Source: a virus. Taken from it: a stretch of 64,000 nt of DNA. The stretch's first letter is position 1; each line of letters begins with the position of its first letter. Below the pieces are notes generated by a model. The model was given only the letters and a program-made list of their open reading frames with translations, did no database searches and had not been told where the DNA came from. A program made the position numbers and the translations under genes. Location: IMG/VR virus record IMGVR_UViG_3300025849_000022, positions 1 through 64,000 of that record. The stretch is one strand, 5' to 3'. Shown here in pieces: positions 17,378 through 26,072 of the stretch.

Positions 17378-17862
17378 CTCCACCACTCCTCATACGGAAA
17401 CACTATCCAACGTTCTTGATCTGGTAATACATTATTAGCAGTAAATTCAACGTTATTAAAACTACTAGATTCTTTATCAAACAATGTAGAAAACATAATA
17501 TCTTGATGTGCATGTTGCATCATGTTGCTATTATCTGCTACATAGTTTCTGATAACATTGTCAATACCTTGTAGTGTTGTTCCTGTATCATTAATATCAT
17601 CTACGACTAAAACACGTTTATCATTGTATTTAGATAAAATGTGTCTTAATGTCTCTGAATCTTCGATTGCTCCGTCTCTTGTTTGCCATCTGAATGCTTC
17701 GAATGGCACTTCAAAGTAATGACTCATCATTACTCCAAACGGATATGCTCCTCTACCGGGACCAATAATAACTTCAGGCTTGTAACTTTCGTGTGCCATT
17801 TCTCGCACAATAATTCTACAATCTCTGTTTAAATCGTCCCAACTATAATATAGTTTTTCCAT
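17374..17862 (-). CDS. purine (xanthine-guanine-type) phosphoribosyltransferase
   Basis: PRPP motif VLVVDDINDTGTT, WIVFPYE; predicted leaderless from promoter 17869-17897. Confidence 0.85.
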   Translation of the reverse strand: MEKLYYSWDDLNRDCRIIVREMAHESYKPEVIIGPGRGAYPFGVMMSHYFEVPFEAFRWQTRDGAIEDSETLRHILSKYNDKRVLVVDDINDTGTTLQGIDNVIRNYVADNSNMMQHAHQDIMFSTLFDKESSSFNNVEFTANNVLPDQERWIVFPYEEWWR

Positions 17863-17868
17863 GCTTTT

Positions 17869-17897
17869 ATTATACCACTTTTTCTGGTTGAAGTCAA
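17869..17897 (-). promoter_or_regulatory. sigma70-type promoter, leaderless start
   Basis: TTGACT-N17-TATAAT-N6-ATG. Confidence 0.75.
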
Positions 17898-17898
17898 C

Positions 17899-18471
17899 CT
17901 ATCTTTCAAAATCATTTTCTAATAGGATAAATTCTACTTTATCAAAATCATTTAAGTTAATTTTAGCGGCTTCTTCAACTATGTTTCTCTTAGTAAACTC
18001 TAAAAACAATTTAAGTTCTTTATAGAAACCAGCATCTAATACAGGATTTAACACATCGCTATCTCCTGATATATTATATGTTTCGTCAAGTAACTTATTG
18101 CTTAGTTTTAAAACAACACCAAATGTCATTTTAAGACCGTCTGCCAGCATATCATCAAAGTCAGTTAGTTTCTTATATTTAAAAATATATCTGTTTAACA
18201 TTCTTAAGTAAAATTCTGCAGATATCTCGTCAAGTTGCACTGATATTTTATCAGTATCAAATTCAACTGCTTTGAACACAGATAAATGACTTTGGTCAAA
18301 ATCTACGTTATTGCAAAAGAAATGTATAACATCTATTATTTCCTTGTCGGTTATAGGAAATTTCTTTTTAATTAAATTTAACTCATCGCCTTTACCGATC
18401 GCACCCACAACTGCCATAACTGGGGTGCCTGTTCTATTAATAACATTTACAGATTTACGTTTTCCTATCAT
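17899..18471 (-). CDS. hypothetical protein with DUF433-like N-terminus
   Basis: GTPV..VV..I.KG...I.KKFP.TDKEI pattern. Confidence 0.5.
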   Translation of the reverse strand: MIGKRKSVNVINRTGTPVMAVVGAIGKGDELNLIKKKFPITDKEIIDVIHFFCNNVDFDQSHLSVFKAVEFDTDKISVQLDEISAEFYLRMLNRYIFKYKKLTDFDDMLADGLKMTFGVVLKLSNKLLDETYNISGDSDVLNPVLDAGFYKELKLFLEFTKRNIVEEAAKINLNDFDKVEFILLENDFER

Positions 18472-19463
18472 TTATTCTTAATAACCTTATTTTTATTGTC
18501 TACCCAAAACTTAGAATGTGCAAACATATCATCTAATGAATATGTTGGTTCCCAATCTAATAATGTTTTGGCTTTAGAAATATCTCCACATAAGTACGAT
18601 GGGTCTCCTGCTCTTCTAGGACCTACTTCATATTTTAAACTTTTTCCAACAACGTTTTGTGCTGAAATTATTAAATCATGAATACTAAATCCTGTACCAG
18701 AGCCTAAGTTTACAATACCACTTTCACCGTCATTGCTTAAATGCTCTACTGCTTTTAGTTTAGCATTTGCTATGTCTTGTATATGACAGTAATCTCTAAT
18801 GCAAGTACCGTCTTTAGTATCGTAATCATCGCCACAAATATTAAATACCTCGTCATTTGTAATTTTATCAATAATGATAGGCATTACATGAGTTGCTGGT
18901 TCTTGTGTATAACCATTTTTACCTTCTGGGTCTGCACCAGCGGCATTAAAATATCTTGTACTGATATAATTTAACCCGTATGCTTTGCTGTAATCTTCTA
19001 ACATAAGTTCTGTCATGTACTTACTCATTGCATACGGACTCATTGGCATTGGTGTAAGAGTCTCAGCAAATGGTTCTCTGCTTTCTCTTTCACCATACAC
19101 ACTACTAGAACCGCTAAAGATAAAGTTCTTAACTCCTGCTTTAACACACATATCTAGTAATGTTTGAGTGCCTGACACATTATTTTTATAATACTTGCCA
19201 GGATCAATTATACTATCAGGAACAACATGGCTTGCCGCTAAATGAATAACCGCTTGTGGTTTCATCATTTCTAATATGCCTGCCGTAGTTGTAGCCTGAA
19301 ATTCATGTGGAAATAAAGTAGCACCTTCTGGTAATGCCCACTTCCTACTCGTATTGGAATCTATAACAATTACGTCATATCCATTGTTAGCAAAAGTTTT
19401 ACTTACCTGTGCACCAATAAAACCAAGACCACCTGTAATAACAACTGTTGGTTTTTCACTCAT
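18468..19463 (-). CDS. galE: UDP-glucose 4-epimerase
   Basis: TGGLGFIG, YAMSK, RYFNAAGA, DGTCIRDY, RRAGDP. Confidence 0.9.
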   Translation of the reverse strand: MSEKPTVVITGGLGFIGAQVSKTFANNGYDVIVIDSNTSRKWALPEGATLFPHEFQATTTAGILEMMKPQAVIHLAASHVVPDSIIDPGKYYKNNVSGTQTLLDMCVKAGVKNFIFSGSSSVYGERESREPFAETLTPMPMSPYAMSKYMTELMLEDYSKAYGLNYISTRYFNAAGADPEGKNGYTQEPATHVMPIIIDKITNDEVFNICGDDYDTKDGTCIRDYCHIQDIANAKLKAVEHLSNDGESGIVNLGSGTGFSIHDLIISAQNVVGKSLKYEVGPRRAGDPSYLCGDISKAKTLLDWEPTYSLDDMFAHSKFWVDNKNKVIKNK

Positions 19464-19620
19464 CTTTATTTTCCTCCTTTGGATCTAGTAATCCTCCCCA
19501 ATCTTCTACCTCATCAACAACATCTGTTAAAGATCCTGCTGGTTTGGAGTTAGTAGGTTGAATTACTGTTTCCTTGTTTCCTCTCTTTTCAGTGAAAGGA
19601 ATACGTTTAATGTTAGGCAT
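19456..19620 (-). CDS. small hypothetical protein
   Basis: Start reassigned to MPNIKRIP. Confidence 0.45.
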   Translation of the reverse strand: MPNIKRIPFTEKRGNKETVIQPTNSKPAGSLTDVVDEVEDWGGLLDPKEENKDE

Positions 19621-19795
19621 TATTTTTTGCGTCTTGAATCTCACCTCTTCTAACTTTCGCTAGTTTAGTAATTTCCATTAATGCCTTCCTTGCTCTTGTT
19701 GCCGATGCTTTTACGCCTTGGCCTTCTTTAAATTTTTCGTTTTCACTTACATACTCTTCAAAGAGTGCTTTGATTTTTAAATGTGTCTCTGTCAT
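19613..19795 (-). CDS. histone H1/Hc1-like small basic protein
   Basis: G.KASATRARKALMEI.KLAK.RR.EIQ. Confidence 0.75.
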   Translation of the reverse strand: MTETHLKIKALFEEYVSENEKFKEGQGVKASATRARKALMEITKLAKVRRGEIQDAKNNA

Positions 19796-19804
19796 AATTA
19801 TCTC

Positions 19805-20395
19805 CTATATGTTTTTAAATTGTACAGATTTAATTAAATCGTAATCGGCTCTATATGCCTGCCTAACTACTGATTCATTAACGTTATTAACAATATCTAT
19901 TGATTGCATCAAACGTTTTGTTGCGTCAATGTTGAAACCATATTCATCATTGATTTGATTATAAATATTTTTGTTATAATAAAAATAATCTATGATAGGA
20001 TTGGCATTATATTTTTTTATAATGTCAAACATATCGATTAAAAAACTTTTTTGTGGCTTAAAATGAGCATCATTAGATTCTAAATAAAATCCTTCATCAC
20101 TAAAATTAAAAGTAACATAGTTTGTTTGAGGCTCTACCTCTCTCCAACCTAAGTACATATTAACAGTACTGATAAATCTTTCTATTGGATCTCTTAAAAT
20201 CACTATAAACCTACTTGGGCATTTTTTTTCTTCCCATAATGTAATTCTAGACCAATCATTGTTTGTTTTCTCATGATCTCTAATTATACTTGTAGCACAC
20301 TTAGGTACTAACAAGAATGCAATGTCCTCTTTTGCGTTGTATACACAGTCGCCTGGCATACAGTTTGTATATTTGTTATCAACTGATGTTTCCAT
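19805..20395 (-). CDS. sulfotransferase family 2 protein
   Basis: VPKCATS, LRDPIERFIS, HFKPQ, Y..D. Confidence 0.75.
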   Translation of the reverse strand: METSVDNKYTNCMPGDCVYNAKEDIAFLLVPKCATSIIRDHEKTNNDWSRITLWEEKKCPSRFIVILRDPIERFISTVNMYLGWREVEPQTNYVTFNFSDEGFYLESNDAHFKPQKSFLIDMFDIIKKYNANPIIDYFYYNKNIYNQINDEYGFNIDATKRLMQSIDIVNNVNESVVRQAYRADYDLIKSVQFKNI

Positions 20396-20960
20396 TATCT
20401 ACCTTATTGATGAACTTTACAGAATCAATTAAATCATAATCTTCTTTATAAACATCTTTAACAATGTTAATATCAACACCGGTTACTATTTTACCGAATT
20501 GATTCACGTGACTAGGTTCCATATTTAAATTATAATGACTATTTAAATCACCAATTATATCTTTGTTTAGCCAAAAGAAATCAATTTTATTATAATCTAA
20601 TCCTTCTAAAAAAGTATTCTGCGAAAAAAAATGTGCATTGTTGCTTTTAAATATACTATGCTTGTTATCTTCTTTTCTAATATCTACATAATTAGAATAA
20701 CTTGAAAAATTTCTATTATGCAAATACATATTTACAGCACTTATAAATCGTTCTACTGGATCTCTTAGTATCACACAAAATTTATCTATGTTAAAATCCT
20801 TTAGGATTACTTCAGTTTTATTAGTTATTGGTTTTAATGCACGTCTTATTGACGATGAAGCATTCTTTGGTAAATGTAAAATACCAAGACTTCTATTTTC
20901 TATATAAGCACCGCTGTATAGCGGATGTACAGAACCATTAATACCAATTACACTATTCAT
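20379..20960 (-). CDS. sulfotransferase family 2 protein (paralog of neighbour)
   Basis: LPKNASS, LRDPVERFIS, HFFSQ. Confidence 0.75.
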   Translation of the reverse strand: MNSVIGINGSVHPLYSGAYIENRSLGILHLPKNASSSIRRALKPITNKTEVILKDFNIDKFCVILRDPVERFISAVNMYLHNRNFSSYSNYVDIRKEDNKHSIFKSNNAHFFSQNTFLEGLDYNKIDFFWLNKDIIGDLNSHYNLNMEPSHVNQFGKIVTGVDINIVKDVYKEDYDLIDSVKFINKVDNGNIS

Positions 20961-21394
20961 TTCAACAAATTATCAAATACATCGTCTATTGCGTCTGTAT
21001 CTCCAAAGTATGGACCATCCATATCTTCAACTGGATACTCCATTTCGCAACCGTTTTCGTTATCTTCGGCTACTGAAATCTTTATGTAACGACCTGGATA
21101 TTCATCATTGATCGCTTCAAACAAATCATCTGCTATCATCTCGCAGGACTTGTTATTAAGTTGGATTATATCTTCTTTGTATAAGTTCTCCAACCATCTT
21201 TTAAACTGTATAAACTCTATATCTCTATCGTCATGAAACACTTCAATCCACACTTTAAAGTGGAAGATGTGTCTGTGAGGATAGCCTAAAAAACTAACAT
21301 CATACTCATCGCCTGTTGCTAGATTAGGATCTTCTAATGCCGCAGGATACTTATGTATACCTTCTTTACTAAATGTTACCCAAATACTTCTCAT
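20957..21394 (-). CDS. QueD-like T-fold protein with LxxxHRHxF (DpdL-like)
   Basis: H...LGYPHRHIF...SCEMIA...VAEDNENG; lacks the QueD CxxxHGH cysteine. Confidence 0.65.
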   Translation of the reverse strand: MRSIWVTFSKEGIHKYPAALEDPNLATGDEYDVSFLGYPHRHIFHFKVWIEVFHDDRDIEFIQFKRWLENLYKEDIIQLNNKSCEMIADDLFEAINDEYPGRYIKISVAEDNENGCEMEYPVEDMDGPYFGDTDAIDDVFDNLLK

Positions 21395-21411
21395 ATTATC
21401 CTCACTCTCAC

Positions 21412-21609
21412 TTATCTGATGTTACTTGCTTGTGGTCCTTTCGCACCTTGCTCAACATCAAATGTTACTTCTTGGTTCTCTGATAGAGATTTATATCCCT
21501 CACCTTGTATTGCTGTATGATGTGCAAACACATCTTTACTGCCGTCGTCTGGTGTGATAAATCCAAAACCTTTGCTGGTATCAAACCATTTTACTTTTCC
21601 TGTCGCCAT
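21412..21609 (-). CDS. cspA: cold-shock protein
   Basis: GKVKWF...KGFGFI...DVFAH...KGPQA. Confidence 0.95.
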   Translation of the reverse strand: MATGKVKWFDTSKGFGFITPDDGSKDVFAHHTAIQGEGYKSLSENQEVTFDVEQGAKGPQASNIR

Positions 21610-21711
21610 TCTTTCTTCCTCGTTATGAAGTATTACCTTCGTTGTTTAATTCTAAAGGTACTTCCTTCAAAACTACATGTCCAATTGGACTATGTTCTTT
21701 AATTACTATTA

Positions 21712-22374
21712 TTACCACTTAACACCTATTGTAACACTTAATACATTATTGTTAACCGGGTCTTCAGTGTATGTATTACTAAATCCCAGCGACACTTTAT
21801 CATTTAAACTGTAATTGATTGCTGTTTCATTACGCAAATATGTATCTGTTCCAGTTTCATTAAGTAGTTTGTTGGTAATATTTAAACTGTCATTTAGTTT
21901 ATAAAATATCCATAAACTATTTCTAAGTATTGCTTCGTCCACTTCATCAGTAGTTAAGTATGCAACTGACGTTTCGTGACTTATTTTCCAATTGTCATTT
22001 CTAAAAACTTTTATACCAAGGCCACCACCAGTTACTATTCTATCTCCAGATGCTCTTAATTTATCACTGTCATAACTTGTTACACTGAATGCATAATACT
22101 TAGATGTGATGTCTTTATTTGCTTTACCAATTATGCTAAACTTATCCATTTTAACTACATCTTCTTGTTCTTTGTAAACATAGTCAGTTTCAACTACATA
22201 GTCAATAATAGGATTATCCCACTCGTGATCTACACTGAATTTTAATGTAGTTGTATCACTATTAATCTGTGTCCAACCAAACTTGGCATTGCCTGTTGCA
22301 TTTGCTGGTAACGTTATCAGCAATAATCCTATTGCTAAAATAAAAAATAATACAGCCTTTTTAATGTTACTCAT
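21712..22374 (-). CDS. outer-membrane beta-barrel, DUF481/YdiY-like
   Basis: Signal peptide, alternating amphipathic strands, terminal aromatic (VKW). Confidence 0.7.
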   Translation of the reverse strand: MSNIKKAVLFFILAIGLLLITLPANATGNAKFGWTQINSDTTTLKFSVDHEWDNPIIDYVVETDYVYKEQEDVVKMDKFSIIGKANKDITSKYYAFSVTSYDSDKLRASGDRIVTGGGLGIKVFRNDNWKISHETSVAYLTTDEVDEAILRNSLWIFYKLNDSLNITNKLLNETGTDTYLRNETAINYSLNDKVSLGFSNTYTEDPVNNNVLSVTIGVKW

Positions 22375-22571
22375 TGTGAATCCTTTCTTAATACTTCTTG
22401 TCTAGTAGTACCCATTTCTTTTAATTTTTCATCTATATCAAAGTCATAATATTCACCAGTATACTTTCTTAGAATACTTCTTTCACTTAACATAACACTA
22501 CTAATCCAACAGCCATATGCCATGAAGCAAAGAAATACTATACCAAATGCTATCTGGATAATCTCAATCAT
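22371..22571 (-). CDS. small membrane protein
   Basis: N-terminal TM helix. Confidence 0.6.
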   Translation of the reverse strand: MIEIIQIAFGIVFLCFMAYGCWISSVMLSERSILRKYTGEYYDFDIDEKLKEMGTTRQEVLRKDSQ

Positions 22572-23787
22572 ATTTTGCCTTTGCTACTTGTCTTCTGTAA
22601 TGCTGTCTGTCTCTTTGTTGCTCTAGACCTAAACCAGATATTACTTTAAGTGTTCTTTCTATTGTACCATTTTGATAATCGCTTATCTTACCTAAACTAT
22701 ATTCGCTTAGGTTATCTGTATTAATATCATCAAACATATTAGACAGTTTACTAATACAGTCTTCCATGCTCCAAGGAACGTACAAGTGTCTGCCATTGTT
22801 AGCAAACACTTCTGGGAAACTTCTATATGCTGGATATAATGTAAGTGTACCTAATGTATCTGCTTCGCTTACTGTATTGCTTACCCAGTCTTGCAAGGCA
22901 CAATTAAATAATACTTGACTGTCTGCTAGTAAGTTATAGTAATCGTTTTTCTTTAAGCCTGTGTAGATCTTAAAGTTAGCAGTATTGCCTGCTTGTAATT
23001 CTAATGCTCTATCAACATACTCTTGATCTGAACTTTTTAGTTCTGGGTGTCCACAAAATATAGCAAACTCTGTAGCAGGATCTATTTTGTAATAGGCTTC
23101 TGCTAAGTCCATATAAAAGTGTGGTTGCTTCTCATCATCCCAACGTGCCGCAAAACCAACTCTCTTTGTTCTTTCTTTTAACGGCTTAGGATTAGGAACC
23201 CGCTCTTGTACTTCGCTTTTACCAAACGGCAAACCTGTTACATATATAGGCTTTTTAAATCCTGCTGTTCTTAAGTGTGCAACAAATTCTTCACTTGCTA
23301 CACATATACCTGTAACAAATTCATCTACCATTTGTTCATATCTACGCATCCAATCAAACATGCCTTCTCTAATAAGGAAGTCATCTGGGTCTGTTGTTTG
23401 TGCTAAGAATCTTAAGAATACTTTAGGTCTGTATTCAGGTGGGGATTGATCCATTATGTAAGGCAAACATTCTAAGCCTGGTGTAAACATATCTTCATAA
23501 AAGATAACATCATCGCTAGTAATTTCACCGTTCTTCATTTTCTGTACTAAGTTCATTGTTTGACTTAGACTGTAATAACTTCTACCATGTGCGTCTAACA
23601 CACTACCTGTAACGATTGCTTTACTGTTATCTAGTTCTTCGCCTTTGATAATTTCATAGTCAATGCCATGCTCTTTAAAAACACGCTCGTTCCATTCTTG
23701 TAATTGTAATGTATACCTTGCTTCATAAGACTCTAGTCCCATGTAGAACAGTTTACGCATGTTTATATCATAAACTCCATCACTCAT
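22564..23787 (-). CDS. GT-B glycosyltransferase
   Basis: FAARWDDEKQP, VLFNCALQDWVSNTVSEA, RSFPEV; own promoter 23808-23836. Confidence 0.75.
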   Translation of the reverse strand: MSDGVYDINMRKLFYMGLESYEARYTLQLQEWNERVFKEHGIDYEIIKGEELDNSKAIVTGSVLDAHGRSYYSLSQTMNLVQKMKNGEITSDDVIFYEDMFTPGLECLPYIMDQSPPEYRPKVFLRFLAQTTDPDDFLIREGMFDWMRRYEQMVDEFVTGICVASEEFVAHLRTAGFKKPIYVTGLPFGKSEVQERVPNPKPLKERTKRVGFAARWDDEKQPHFYMDLAEAYYKIDPATEFAIFCGHPELKSSDQEYVDRALELQAGNTANFKIYTGLKKNDYYNLLADSQVLFNCALQDWVSNTVSEADTLGTLTLYPAYRSFPEVFANNGRHLYVPWSMEDCISKLSNMFDDINTDNLSEYSLGKISDYQNGTIERTLKVISGLGLEQQRDRQHYRRQVAKAKYD

Positions 23788-23807
23788 ATAGATTCTCCAT
23801 AATGTTA

Positions 23808-23836
23808 ATTATATCATATTTTATGGCCAATGTCAA
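23808..23836 (-). promoter_or_regulatory. sigma70-type promoter
   Basis: TTGACA-N17-TATAAT. Confidence 0.8.
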
Positions 23837-23838
23837 CC

Positions 23839-24345
23839 TCAATCTATCACCTCGTCTTTGGTATATTTGGTCCAGTCTGTGAAAGTCTTCCTGTCTTGTA
23901 GTTCATGTAAACTATGACACCACACACCTGGATTAGTTGCTTTAAAGTCTTTGTCATCTAGTTTGAGTGTCGCATTGTAATTGAATTGATTAATGTAAGG
24001 CAACTTAACACTTATCATTGGTATAAATGTACTATACTCAGTCCAACCACATTCTAATACTTGTTCTGCTAAAGTTACGTCAAAGTCTAGTGTAATCCAA
24101 ATATCATCTTTTAAAAGACTTGTAACTAGTTCGTCCCAACCCTGCCAATCTTTTTCAGTTGGTGGATTAAAACTTTGGTTAGCACCTATATAAATGTGCG
24201 GACAACCGCTATTAAGTGCCCTAGCAAGTATTTCCTCTTTTGGTTGATACCCAACTACAAACAAAGTCTTTTGACCATAAGCAGGCGTATGCTCTACTTC
24301 AGTGCCTATAAAAAACTTTGTATCCTCGTGACCTTCTCTATTCAT
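23839..24345 (-). CDS. conserved-looking protein linked to the transglycosylase
   Basis: FFIGTEVEHTPAYGQKTLFVVG...HIYIGANQSF...DDKDFKATNPGVW; start reassigned to MNREG. Confidence 0.7.
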   Translation of the reverse strand: MNREGHEDTKFFIGTEVEHTPAYGQKTLFVVGYQPKEEILARALNSGCPHIYIGANQSFNPPTEKDWQGWDELVTSLLKDDIWITLDFDVTLAEQVLECGWTEYSTFIPMISVKLPYINQFNYNATLKLDDKDFKATNPGVWCHSLHELQDRKTFTDWTKYTKDEVID

Positions 24346-24539
24346 TAGTAACTCGTATAACCCCACTTAATTAATTGATCTTGATAATCTACACCTTCAT
24401 CAATGTTTACAACTTTAGTAGGTGTAGTTTTACCATCTTTAGTCTCTAGTATTTCCATTTCAGCACCATTCTCTAGTATATGAAATTGTACATCATGTCC
24501 TTCGTATGTGTATGTGCCACTGTATGCTTTATTCGCCAT
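24345..24539 (-). CDS. hypothetical protein
   Basis: 64 aa, coupled at both ends. Confidence 0.6.
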   Translation of the reverse strand: MANKAYSGTYTYEGHDVQFHILENGAEMEILETKDGKTTPTKVVNIDEGVDYQDQLIKWGYTSY

Positions 24540-26070
24540 CGAAATCTGCCCTCATTATGTCTTCTTGCATATCTGCTTCACTGTCACCTGACTCGTATTC
24601 GTCAGTTTCAAATAAAGCACCAAATGTAGATTGTTCCGCACTACCATCTGAGAAACTAATCTCTTTTAAAAACTCTTTGTTATCTTCTAACATTTGCCTT
24701 GCATTTGTGTTATTAGGATCTAACACTTCTTCTGCAAAACTATCAAACATTAAAATAGTACCAGGTACATAAGGTGAAGTTTCATTGCTTACACTACTAC
24801 CTTTTACCTTCTTCCAGTTCTTCCAATGTGTAGGTGTTCTATATTTTTCCATATCAGCAAGTCTATTTGCTTCTTGCGTTGCTGTAATATGATTATAAAC
24901 ACTATGACCCATGTAAAGAGCATAACTTAGTGTGTCCCAACTAGTTGTGCATTCTTTACCATTCCTGTTTGTATCTCCATGTCCTAAAACACAGATATCA
25001 CCAACAGTTAGTCTACTCATTATAGGGGAATGTGCAAAAGGCATAGGCATCTTTGATCCTTTCATGTCTTTGTTATCGAATGCTCTATCCATAAAGTATC
25101 CAAATCGCTTGGCTCTGTACTCATTATGTGTGTAAGTCTGGCCATATGCTGTATTAACAAAAGGCGATGCCGCATCAAATGAAAGTGTTATATTAGGATT
25201 GTCGTGCTTTCTCAACTGTCTTTGGATACTAGTGAGGTGACATGCCCAATTAAGGCGTCCAGTACCTAAGAAGTGTATCCAATCCTTGCCTTCAAGTAAA
25301 CCGTCTTCTCTAAGATCCAACAATCTACTTAGCACACTATACATGTGCTTCATATTGATACCAGCGAATGCGTAACCCTCTAAGGTTCTATTCTCATCAC
25401 CGTATGCTTCTTGCACAAAACTTTTATTGGAAAAATGCTTTACTGCATCATACCATGTTTTGCTATTCTCTTCGTTACTACCACTTAACACATTTAAAAA
25501 CTTAGTAGCACCTGGTGTTCTGTTCCTCATAAAATAGTCTAAATTAAGTAGACTGATATCTAGTGTGTCTTGAAATTCTGTAAGTCCTGTCCTTTCGCTT
25601 AGTTTACCAACTGCCGCAAAAGCAGGAACATCTAATGTCATACTCCAGTCTGCTGTATGCTCTAACCATGTAAGTATCTTATTACAAAATGCTGTTCTTA
25701 CAGGATCATTAGGATCTTTAGCATTGCTCCAATCCATTTTAATAACACCTGTGGCAAGTTGGAAACCACCTGAGTCTCCTAGTATCATAGTTTTACTACG
25801 ATCTCTACCTTGTATCATTGGCTCACGTTCATCGCTTTTAACAGGATCTAAGTGAGCATGTCCACCTGAGTAAAGACCCCATGGGTAATGATAATAACTG
25901 TTCTCAGGATCAAGGAAGTTCATACCTTGTGTGCCTTTTTCAAAGCCTTCAGGGCATCTCCATTCACTTGGATTAGCATCCATTTTCTGTAATTGCGTTA
26001 CATAGAACCCACTAATGGCGGGCAGGTAAACTGCCCAATCCTGGTGCTTCTTTCCTAAATCTTCTGTCAT
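24529..26070 (-). CDS. TGT-fold guanine transglycosylase (DpdA-like)
   Basis: GDSGGFQ, MTLDVP, FLNVLSG, GYAFAG, IHFLGTG, SFDAASP in TGT order. Confidence 0.8.
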   Translation of the reverse strand: MTEDLGKKHQDWAVYLPAISGFYVTQLQKMDANPSEWRCPEGFEKGTQGMNFLDPENSYYHYPWGLYSGGHAHLDPVKSDEREPMIQGRDRSKTMILGDSGGFQLATGVIKMDWSNAKDPNDPVRTAFCNKILTWLEHTADWSMTLDVPAFAAVGKLSERTGLTEFQDTLDISLLNLDYFMRNRTPGATKFLNVLSGSNEENSKTWYDAVKHFSNKSFVQEAYGDENRTLEGYAFAGINMKHMYSVLSRLLDLREDGLLEGKDWIHFLGTGRLNWACHLTSIQRQLRKHDNPNITLSFDAASPFVNTAYGQTYTHNEYRAKRFGYFMDRAFDNKDMKGSKMPMPFAHSPIMSRLTVGDICVLGHGDTNRNGKECTTSWDTLSYALYMGHSVYNHITATQEANRLADMEKYRTPTHWKNWKKVKGSSVSNETSPYVPGTILMFDSFAEEVLDPNNTNARQMLEDNKEFLKEISFSDGSAEQSTFGALFETDEYESGDSEADMQEDIMRADFDGE

Positions 26071-26072
26071 GT

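Noticed and set aside
20957-21394. Canonical queD call
   Set aside because: Lacks CxxxHGH; kept as QueD-like/DpdL-like
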